In this document: in pieces, positions 47,801 through 59,525 of the stretch
How positions within the stretch are numbered: position 1 is the stretch's first letter
Layout of the letters: every line of letters begins with the position of its first letter
From: Lingula anatina
Lineage: Eukaryota > Animalia > Brachiopoda
Direction of reading: 5' to 3'
Length of the DNA stretch: 64,000 nt
Assembly (NCBI GenBank): GCA_051362555.1
Contig: CM120640.1
Location: 1,178,001 to 1,242,000 of the forward strand
Translations under genes and position numbers: made by a program
The notes under the pieces: generated by a model
Database searches by the model: none
What the model was told of the DNA's origin: nothing
Seen by the model: the letters and a program-made list of their open reading frames with translations, nothing else

Positions 47801-50800
47801 CGTAGAAGTTAGACATTTGTTTAGTTCTTGCAGCTGCTTTTCAGAATTTCCCTGTTCAGCTCTAGATGCTGTTTCAATAGTTGACTTTTCTTCTGACAAA
47901 ATACTTAACTGTTTTTCAAGATCTAAATTTTTGTCAGTCAGGTCTGTGATGTTGACAGAAATGTCTCTTATCTGGTCATTCAAAGAAGAAATCTGCTCCT
48001 GTTGTTTTTGGAAATACTGCTCAGCAGCTGATAAATTAGGGCCCTGGACAGCTATGTTAGTACAAAAGTCAGTTATTTCTTTTTCCTTCTCGCTGATCTT
48101 TGCAGACAAAGATTGCAGTTCTGTTTCTTTCTCTTGTAAAGTCTGTTTTGTTTCAAGTTCCTTTTCAGAGAACTTACTAGAAAGAGTTTGCAGTTCTGAA
48201 TCCTTTTCCTCTAATTTATGCTTGAAAGTTTCTGAATCCTTACTTTTATTGTTAAGTTCCTGCTCTAAGTTTTCTAGTTGCTTTTCAAGTTTATTACTAT
48301 TTTCGGAAACTGCCTTCAGTTGAGTTTGAACATTTTCTAATTCCTGTTCCAAGCCTGATGCCTTCTCCTGCAAGGAATTTCAAATGGCGTTGCAAATATC
48401 AGTGCAGGTGAGAATTCTTTCCTGTTTTTTATTGGTCAGTAAATGAAGCTGACACCTTTGGATCATGCTTAAAACAGTGTGAGGAGGCTCGGTGGATTAT
48501 TGATTGGATAATTGATACCAACACCCCAAATCATAGGGGCTTGGTGCTCAAAGTTCACTTTTGGTGATAAAATATTCCCTTCACATTCATAATTGAATAT
48601 CAAAATATCACACAAATAATACTTCCTTGAGATAAAAGACAGACAAACATTTTGAAAATAAATTGTAAAAATAAAAATAAAATAAAATTTAAATAAAAAT
48701 GAGTTAGATATTGTCAACTGCAGCTTTCCAAATTAGCACAAGACACCATGTGCATTTTATTATATAAAAAAGCTTTAAAAGTTCAAAATTTTGTTTTGAA
48801 TTCATTCTTTGAAAACAGTCAGATGAAATTTTCAAAGAGGATTTTAAAATTTCACTTGGTGTGTCACTTGATTTTTACCATAATAACAATTTCTTACTCG
48901 GGTGTCTTATTGCTACATGTGGACAATCAGCACAAACTTCTGTTGTTTTAACTTTCATTTTGGGGATCTCATTTCAAAAGTTGAAAAAAAAACAAGGGCC
49001 AAAGCTGAAGATTTCCAGACAATTTTGCAGCGCTTGTTAGTTGTTTCTTCCCCTTTCCTCTTGTATAGTCTTTCTGCAGCCAAGTCTACTTAGGTATTTT
49101 AGCTCTTCATGCTCTCTATCACAATACACTATGAACTCAAAATGCTAAATGTGTGCCTTTCTTTCTTCAAGTGAACTTTGTGCATCATGCCCTGCTTGTT
49201 ATTCCTACAAATCAGTCATAATGAATTACAACATTCAGAGAAGCTTCTATTAATGGTAATTACTTGCTAAAGTTAAGTATAACAAAATGAAAAGATTGAT
49301 GATTAGTTAAGAACTGCAGGTGACAAAATCTGTTGACAGACATGATACAAAGTGCCGGAACAGGAAAGAAGTCAAACAATTCAGATTGCATGCAATTAAC
49401 TTTCTTTGCATCTGTCCAAAAAAAGGGAAAAAACATAACATGTGCAGTATTTTACTAATTTATTATTATTTAGCCCAAGAGTTAAAAAAATATATATGCT
49501 ATGGGAAATTCACTTGGTGGCTTAAAAAAGTTTGCTTTCTTTATGACCATGACTTATGCCCAACTATTTTAGACATTTAGTTTATTCAGTTATTACAGAT
49601 AATAACTTTCAATAATGCCAGCCAATATGTAAAATGGTTAAGATAATTTAAGACTGCATTCAGTAAATGAAGGTTAACAAAACTGAATACTCTACTGAAG
49701 TAAAACTGAGCTTTTCCAAACTGAATGTGAAAAATTTCAAATAAAAAAAGGAATTTGTTTAAAGGAACAAGACTTGGTGCCATCCATTCAGATAAATTCT
49801 GATCATGCAAGTACATGTGAACAAACAACAAGTGTGGAAACCCAAATGCAAACTGCATGCTTGCTGAAACATTCATGGCTTCACCTTTAATAGAAAGATC
49901 AAACTTAAAGCAAGCCCCACATACCTTGAAACTCTCCAGTTCCCGTTCTTTGCTGGCAGATTCCGCCTCCAGCTGAGCCTTCGCGTTCTCGGTCTCATTT
50001 AGCTGCTGCAGAATGCGGTTGATTTCATCCTTCAACTCCTTGTTGTTGGAGACTTCCATATCAAACTGAGACTGTAGGTCTTCGAGCTTTGGGTGAAAAA
50101 ATCATAATTTCAAGTTTTTTGATATAAAGAATTTTCATAGACATAAGACCCACTGATCCTTCTAATGTATTGTATGGAAAAATGTAGTTTTTTTTAATTG
50201 TTAACCATATCTGAACAAAATTTATTCATTTCTGTTTTTTGTATTGTAGTTTTTGCTGAAATTCAGCGATAAATTATATAATAAATAGATAAATAAATAA
50301 ATACAGAGTTGTATTCAAATCAGAAGGTTCATAATTGCGAGCATTTGAATATATAAATTGAATCAATTTGTTTAAAATCTTCAAGAAATAACTCTGCTAA
50401 CAGTCAATGTTAGTTTATAACTTCAACAATGACCCAAGACCATCAGCCCCATGGCACTACCTTTGACTGCAGGGCTTCATTTTCCTTCTCATAAGCAATC
50501 ACTGGTTGTTTCTCCAGCTCTATCTGCTCTTTAAGCAGAACCACTGCTGCCTCTAAACTCTGCTTGTCTGCCTCCAGACCTGGAATGGCAACATTCAAAA
50601 AGGCATATTATTTAGACTTATCTTTAACCTGTATGATGTGGTGAGTTTTTTTTCACTGCATTCAAGTTGTCATATTTTAAACTGTAATATAATACATCTT
50701 CCCACATTCCTATCTAGCAGTGATTGTTGAAGTATTGGAAAAAACAACAATCAGTAAATTCACCATTTTAGATATATATGCCACATCAAAATAATAACAG

Positions 50801-53800
50801 AATGACATAAATATTGAATAATTTTTTGCATAAAAGTTCCAATTACTTTCTCTCTGTTCTTCAAGTTCTGTCATCTTTAACTCAGAGGCAACTTTCTCAT
50901 CTTGCAGAGTTTTCTGGACCTGTTCAGCATCATGCAACCTTTGTGTCAAATCAGTCAGCTTTTCAGTCATGGCAAGCTAAAAAGGGGAAAATACCAGCAA
51001 ATTTACTCTCCTGTAGCAATATTCTACAAACTGTGATGTGATTGGAGTGCTTAAACCATCTAAATGTAAGAAATATTTAACATTTGCATATTCACAGCTG
51101 AGACACAATCTTTTTTTTTATATATATTTAATTCATTACATAATTTCTTATTAACTATTACTATTATGATATGAGATAAACAGTTTTAAGTAAAGGATCA
51201 CAAAAAACTGGTGGTCAAATGGTGTGTAATGTTCCTCTACCAAATCTGGACTCACCATATCAGCCTGTGTATGTTCCTTCAGGGCTTCAAACTCATCCAC
51301 CTTGGTCTCCAGACTGGATATCCTCTGTTTATCCTGCGCGCTCTCTTCCTCCATCAGCACCAGGGACGCCTTGGTCTCTGACAGTTCTGTCTGTAGCTTT
51401 TTCACTAGTTCTTCTCTAGCTTCATCAAAGGTCTTTTGATCCTGTAAAAATAAAATGTAAGTTATTTTGATTTTGTCCCCATCGGTAATTCAGTTCCATT
51501 TATCAGACTTTTTCTCCCTTGAAAAGAAACATAACTGAATATCTGTTCACATATCTTAAATTTTCTTAAAAATAAATGTGGGAAACTGAATCCTGATTAT
51601 TCACCAACAAGCTCCAAGCTCTGTCATACCTGCTGTAGTTTCTCTGTCAGATCAGCTACCGTCTGCTGCAGGCTTGCTCTCTCCTCATCCACCAAGATAA
51701 GCTGATTCTCCACTTCCTGCTTGCCAGCTGTGGCAGACAACAGCTCTTGCTCCAGCTCTGCAGTCTTCTTCTGAAGTACTTCTGCAATGGAAAATGGTTA
51801 TAAGAATACCAGCCAGCATTTTTATCCAAACTTTCAATAATAATTAAAAATCTGGTGTTATATAACAACAAGAATCTAGCACAAAACATAAAGACAGACT
51901 GACTTCAAAAATACAGTTTGGTGAAAATGGCATTATATATTCAAACAAAAAATCATTTTTCAAGGCAATATATGCATTATATGAATAATCAAAACTGCAT
52001 GCATTATTTGCTTCTATTGTAATTCAAGCTATGTACCTCCAGCAACTCACAAAATGAAATCCACCTCTAACTATACATATAAGTAACGTCCACACCTCTT
52101 AAATAAAATATAGCGTGTACAGGTTGTGCAGCCACTAATTACTGTCAGTTAATGGAATGTGAATGTAATGCTGGCAGGTGTTTTATAATTATTTCAAATA
52201 TATTAGAAATGAACACACTGTAATGACTCAATAAATATGAACATAATATTTTTTTCAAAAAAAAAGTTTTGTTTGCAATATTTGATAAATGTTCTTTAAA
52301 GGTTTTGACAAATTTGAGGGCTTCATTGTCTAAAGGAACATTTTCGAAAGTGTCTAAAATGACAATTCTTTAAAAGTAAAGGGTTAAAATAATTGAGGAG
52401 TTTGAAATTTTTCAATAACTACCGTACTAAATTACACGCTAGTAATTACACGCTAGTAAGAACCATACCAGCATCATGTTGAAAGTGCAACTTTTTCATT
52501 ATCCAATCTCAAAGCTTGGTGATACAATATATATTCTATCTATATCATATTATCTACATCACTTAATGATACGTAGGACAATGTCTTCAAATCAATAAAG
52601 CAGAAGCAATAAACACTTGTGATCTTTGGGGAATTCAGCACTAACAGAAATTACAGAGATGAGAACCAGTGAAAATTGTAAAACATCTAAAGTGAGGTGC
52701 CACACTGCATTGTACCATATGTTCCTGTAAATGGTCTGCTTCTAATACTGCTATTAGTTGTGTGAGTTTCAAGAAGAAAAATGAGGACAACTGTATCATA
52801 CAACTATTACAAAGAAAAGATTACATTAAATCTATTAACTCTTTGAGGGTAATAAAGACAGAAGAAAATACTCCCTGAGAGAAGATATGATGATTCTGAC
52901 AGAGAAGCAGGAAAGCTACAGAAGCAGATAACCCAAGCAAAATTGCCACCACTTCTAGTTCAAAAGCATACATTCAGCTGAAAAAAGCGTAAAAGCTAGC
53001 TGTAAGCTCTGCTTGCATTGGTGATGGTCATAGCATGAACCATTTGCCTGGGGTAATATTCCTTCGTAACACCTGAAAAGTGAGACATCTTAACCCTGAC
53101 ACCTTTGAAGAGAAAAGGAAGACCTGGTTATACCTTAACACTGAGAAATTTAACCCAAGATACCTAGAAATAGACCTTCATAAAAAATATGCTTAGGCTT
53201 GAAGGAAAAATAGAAAACTTAGTAATCATTACATTCAGTCCTTTTATCTTTTAAACCCTCGTATCCCTAAGCCAGAAATACATGCATGTTTTATTCAAGT
53301 TTTATTCAAGTTGGCAGTATAAACATTGTATCCATCACTGTTCTTCAACTCCTTTAAGTATCTTAGATGATTTTTTATATAAAACTTATTATATAGCAGT
53401 GAGAAAATTCTAGCTTGTGCTCAATAACCTTATTTTATATAAATTTGACATGTTTACACGATTCCCCAAATTTTACTCCTCAAAACAAACCTTTAATATC
53501 TTTATAAATTTCAACGGACAGCAAATTGTTATTGTGAACGTATGTGTGTGCGTATGTGCATTTGTGTGCATGTGTTTGTGAGCACGTATGCCTGTTAGAC
53601 ACACATTTACTACTAGGTCAGATTCTCCAATTAGAAGTCAAGAAATGAGTTACTGATCTCTAATGTATGCACGTCACTGAAAAAATAGGGAACTTACTGG
53701 ATCAGTCTACTTTGAGAGGCCTTAACATGCAATTCACTTGGCTTTTTACTCCACAACCTCACTTGCTGCTGTTTAGTTAGTTTAATTGCAGAACAAGGGG

Positions 53801-56800
53801 GCTTCATATAAGTGACTCTCTAAGGTAAAGTTCTCAATCTCAAAGTTTAGTTTAGTGTACTGGTCCATGTGGAAAAGACCAATGGGAAAATTCTAACAAC
53901 TAATAAAAACTAGGAAATGAGCATCATCATAGAAAAATCTCTAAAAAAAAAACAACATGGTTTACTCATAAGGTATTTTTTACAAAAATTAACTTCAAAG
54001 GAAAAGAACAACAGTCATTCATAACCCCCCTCCCTTAAAGGATCTATTCAACTTATATAATGTAGCATGATAAATGAAGCAGGTTTTCCCAGGCGTATGG
54101 AGCCATGCTTTGACCTTCACCTTGCCTAGCTTTGCTTTCTTCGTAGTCAACCAGCCGCAGCTGTAGGTTACCTTTCTCCTCTTCTACTTCAGCAATCTGC
54201 TGCTGGAGCCTCTCCAGGTCCTCCGCCAAGTCGTTACGCTGGATAACAAATAACAAATAGAAATAGACTGTGAAACACAAAACCTTTAAACAACAGGAAT
54301 CTGTCTTAGCAAAGACTGCTTAGAATTTTAGTAAAGTTTTACAAATTTTGACACTTCTTTTCAATTACAACTTAGCCGCAAAAGCAAACTGTGAACATCC
54401 TGACCATAATTTACACTCAGTGGTGACGAGAGCCCATGGCCAGTTAGACATGTCTACAACATTTGTTGTGGTCAACTGCTCCTAAGGAACTCTTTGACCA
54501 ACATCATAAAGTAGCTATTATATTAGAAATGTACGATAACACAGTTCATAACACAGGCTTGAAATTTCTATAGATGGATACCTTTATTTATTACTAGGTA
54601 TCTTGTTCTTCATAAATTCTCTTTTATTAAATAAATTTCAATATTTTACCATATTTCATGTCGCAAAAGAAAATGTTCAATGCTGTTTGGAAAACAAAAC
54701 ATTACCTGTTTCAGTTCTTCCACTTCTTCCTGAACCATTGCCAGTTGATTTCCCAGTTCTTGTAGCTCAGATTCCTTCTCTGCCAACTGACTTTTCAAAG
54801 TTTCCACCAGTTCCTCCTTCTCTGTCTGTCCTGAGCTGACGTCATTTTTAGTCCTTTCTAACTCACTCCGAAGCTTTTCTAACTGACTGTCTTTCTCAGC
54901 TAATTCTGTCTCGTGTTTCTCTTTAACTTCACTCAGATCTGCTTCCATGTTGGATTTTTCAGACTGCCACTTTGTTTCCATGGCAACAAAATTTTCCTGC
55001 ATCAGTCTCATCTGCTCCGTGGTCATGTCCAGCTTCTCCTGGAGGGCCTTTACTTTAGAGTTGTGAGCCTTCTCTTTTTTGTCAACTTCTGCCATTTCCA
55101 TCTGTGCAACTTCTAAGGCTTTAGACTTGGCTGTTAACATTTCATTAGTGTCATGCAGCTGCTGCTCCATCATTTTAAGGACCTGGTCCTGAACGTCCAC
55201 CTCTCCCTTGGTGGTCAGTTTTATAATTTCTTCCTCATGTCTAGAAATCAAGGCTCTGATGTCTTCGTCACGAGCAGAAACCTCTGTCTCTTTTTCATTA
55301 ACACTCTCTCGGAGCTGAGAAATTTCTTCCTCCCTCTCCTTCAAAGTGTCCTCGAAATGCTTCTGTGATTCTCGAAGTTGAAGTTCAAACTTTTCTTTTA
55401 AGGCAGCAATTTCCTTGTCTTTCTCCTCCAAGTGGTCCTCAAAATACTTCTGGGTTTCTCTGAGTTTGGCATCAAAACTTTCGACATCAGTTCCCTGGAC
55501 CTGTTCCTTGAGAAAGCCTACCTGCTCTTCATAGGTCTCCACTTTTCTGGTCAGCTTGGAAACCAAGTTGTTCAGTTCTTGAATGTCTTTGTCTTTTATG
55601 GCAACGTTTTCTTGGATAAGCTGAAATCAGGGGAATCGAAACATCAGACTCGCCCATACTATTTTTCTACAGAATAAGACATATTCTACTATAGACTGTA
55701 TTGCAAAGCAAACAAGGTCTTGTAACACTTCAATGTGTAGGCTAAATATGTCTGAATATAAACAATGGTTTTATGTGACATAAGAAAAAGAGCCAAAAAA
55801 TGCATCTACTTTCAATTGTTCTCTCAGATCTATGTCACCTTCTGAACTCCAGGTCAATACACTTAACTTTACCATCAGTGACTGCATTCCCATAAAATTG
55901 GATCAATCCATCTAGTTTGACCTAACTCCCTGGGGGTTCACGCTAAATTGCTGTCAGCCGAACGCACATGGTAGTTAATTACCCCCTTACAGCTTTTAGT
56001 AGGCGGGACAGACACTTAAGCCAGCTAAGCTGACAGTTATCTTGTAAGACTCCCACAGGGATAGATCGATCTAAAATCTGTGGGAATGGGGTTAATGATT
56101 CTTTACTGTATTATTAATAACTTCTTTAACTATTCACTACAATAACGGTATTTAGCCCAGACATCAGGTACCTGGATAGCCTTGTCCCGTCCCCGGATGA
56201 CCTCGTCTTTCTCTCGAACCGTCTCCTGGACGTCCATAACCATCTGATCCTGTTCCAACATCTTCTGGTTCAGTTCGAGGATCTTGCTGTCCTTGTACAC
56301 CATCTGGGCCACCATCTCTTCGCGCTCTCTCTGCGATACGGAAGAAGAAATAACAGTTGAACATTAGCAGGAAAAAAATCCCCTTCTGGCTTGAAATACA
56401 GCAGTAACAGATAAAGCCAGTTTAAAAATTATCCCCAACAGTCTATATTTGCTATCTTAGTTTTAAAAATATGTCATTGAAAAAATTTTTTTGAGATTTT
56501 TAGCAAACGTCTTAACAACAAGGCAGCAAAGCTGTCAAATGTACAGACAAAAAACAGAAAAAAAAAGATGCAAAATAGGTCATTATGTCAATTTTGATGC
56601 AATAATAAATGCTTATAATAGCACAGTCAGTCAACACGATTTTTAATCATGCACAACAGGTAACATGGTCAATAACAGGAGCAGATTCAGAGATATTTTC
56701 TGACAGTATTCCAAAGTATCTTTGTTGATCCATCCTCCATTTTGATAGTCTTCCAACAGAAACCCGTTAATATAAACTGTAAAATCTGACTGTCTTCCAG

Positions 56801-59494
56801 GAGACCCAGAAGATGGTCTTAATCCACCCTTTCAATAAGATTACAATGTCAGGACCATGAGAGTTAAAATTCACATGATGAAAGTCCCTATATATGAAAA
56901 ATGATGACAGTGCATAAAATAATATTACATCGTGTTTAAAGACATAAATACCAATACAGCTGCTTATGTGGAAATACTGAAAATGTGCACAGCCTCAGGT
57001 GGATGGGAGTTAAAAATCACATCTTAAAAATGCCAGTGTTGGAGAAAAAATTAAATAGAAACAACAAAAATATAATTCTAATGAAGCTGTTATTCACTGC
57101 TTCCTTATTATGGACACTATGTTATCTAGCAGAGAGCTTAACAGGGAAATATCAACAAGTGTGCTTTATGAAATTTCAATTAATGGCTACTTAATTAGGT
57201 AAATGAGTTTATAGCACTGAAATTAGCCTTGTGAATACCCAAGGGGAATTAACAGACTGACCACACAAATTTGTCTATCAAAGGTCTTCAGGCCCATAAG
57301 TCACACCTTAAGAAAAGCAGAAAACAATAATGCACAAAAACAGGAGACTGCCCAATTCTGATGCAATAATACATTATGTTTAACTGCACAGTCAACATCA
57401 AATTTTAATTATGCACAACAGATAACGCTGATGAAAGTAAAAGCATAAGGCTCCAGGCCCATCAGAGTTCAAGTTTTCAATTAGAAAGTGCCAGAATGAG
57501 AAAAATGAAAATTTCACAAAAAAATGCATAAATTTAATAAAAATGATGACCCAATTGACCTGGCTTTCTAATTTGAACTGCATGCCAATCCTAAAAATCG
57601 TACTTATAAGTTAAATATAATAATAAGTAACACAGTTTTCTTTTCATAATGTTTGCAGTAGCAGTGCAAAAAGATTATTGTCAATTTTGATGTAACATTA
57701 CATAATAAATTATAGAATAATTATCACCAATTTTTGATTATTGACTATAAATAGCATGGACATGTAGAAAATTTGATTACCATTAGGCTTCATGTCCATG
57801 GGAGCTCTGAGTCCCACAATGAATATGCCAAAAAGATAATGAATATTTCACTAAGTGTATAACTTCCAGAAAAAGAAGCCAATTAGACTGCTTTTCCAAC
57901 TCAGGCTGCATTTTAGTCCTGTGTTTCTTTTTTGAAAGTTTGACAGTAATAAGTAACACCGTTTTCCCATAATGGTCATCATGGCAGCAGCACCAAATAT
58001 TGTGTTTTCTTCTATTTTGATGCAACATTACATAATGCTTAACAGCATAATGACCATCAATTTTAAATGATAAAATATACGTGTCATGGATTTTCAGAAA
58101 ATGTGACTAGCAAGGGTCTTCAAGCCCGTGGAGGTTCTAAGTCGCACCTTGAAAATGTCAATAAGTGAAAAAGTTAAATTGCCAGAAAAATTTACCAAAC
58201 AGACTGCATTGCCTACTGAGGCTGTATGTTAGACCCATGTTTCTTTCTTGTAAGTTTGAGAACAGCAAGTGACATGTTTTCCCTTAAATGGTCATCATAG
58301 GAGCAGTGCCCTAAATAGGGGTTTCTTCAAATTTTGATGCAACGTTACATAATGTTTAACAGCATAATAACCATCAAATGTTATTAATAAAATATTAGTA
58401 ACATGGACATTCAGAAAACATGACAAGCAAAGGTCTTCAGGCCCATGGAACTTCAAAGTCACATCTTGAAAATGCCAAAATGTAAACAAGACAGCACTGT
58501 CCTGAAATGGGTTTATTTCCATTTTTAACACTTTTTTTAACATAAAACAAAATAAACAGTTTTCTACCATTTGTATATGATCAACTAAGAAAATTGATGA
58601 GATGGGAAAAGTATCAATAGAACAGTGTTAAATGTCTTATTTCCTCCATTCTGAGATTCTGAACATAGTGGATGATTGAATCTGACAAACTGCAATGATA
58701 TGAGTTTATTTCCATTTTTGACACTTTATCACACAATACATGATAACAAGTTTACCATGTTTTTTTACATAATCAACTAACAATGTTGTAAAGATGCAGG
58801 AAATATCAAACAAACACTTTTACGCATCTAATTAGTTAAATAATGAGACTGTTAACATGCCTAATAATTGAATCTGAGGAAATGTGAAAAAACAGTATAA
58901 CTTCTAAAATAATGGCCCGATTATGCTGATTTTCGAACTCAACCTGCATTTTAGTAAGATTGACCACTCCTGTGAATTAATATTATATATTATATTGTGT
59001 TATCAGTGTTGCATTTATATTGAAAAGTGAAAAAACAGCATAAATTCCCTAAAAATAGCCCAATCATGCTGATTTTCGAACTTGACCTGCGTATTAAGAA
59101 TTTCCATCAGTTCTGTAAGTTTCAAGCCAAAAGGTAAAATGGTTTTCCACTTACTTATCGGTGCTGCATATATGCTGAAAAAGTGAAAAAACAGCATAAA
59201 TTCCCTAAAAATGGCCCAATCATGCCGATTTTCGAACTTGACCTGCATATTATGAATATTCATCAGTTCTGTAAGTTTCAAGTCAAAAGGTACAATGGTT
59301 TTCCACTTATCGTGTTATCGGTGTGCATATATGTTGAAAAAAGTGAAAAAACAGCATAAATTCCCTAAGAGTGACCCGATCATGCTGATTTTCGAACTTG
59401 ACCTGCGTATTATGAATATTCATCAGTTCTGCAAGTTTCAAATCAAAAGGCAAAATGGTTTTCTACTTATCGTGTTATCGGTAAAAGTGCACGG

Positions 59495-59525
<31 letters not shown>

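Noticed and set aside
23437-48323. Many plus-strand Ser/Cys/Phe/Leu-rich ORFs
   Set aside because: Antisense shadows of the Glu/Gln/Lys-rich golgin exons; no independent splice or start signals.
30854-48373. Stand-alone intronless 5,839-aa gene
   Set aside because: The ORF-track start is TTG inside a polypyrimidine acceptor, and both ends have splice sites whose phases match neighbouring coiled-coil exons.
48756-49204. Possible alternative terminal exon (tttgtag|GAA TAA, AATAAA about 450 nt downstream) giving a short N-terminal golgin isoform
   Set aside because: Such signals are frequent by chance in AT-rich introns; unsupported without RNA data.
52995-53072. Strong acceptor followed by a short open frame (GVTKEYYPRQMVHAMTITNASRAYS*) in a golgin intron
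   Set aside because: No coiled-coil character or corroborating signal; lies in degenerate repetitive-looking sequence.
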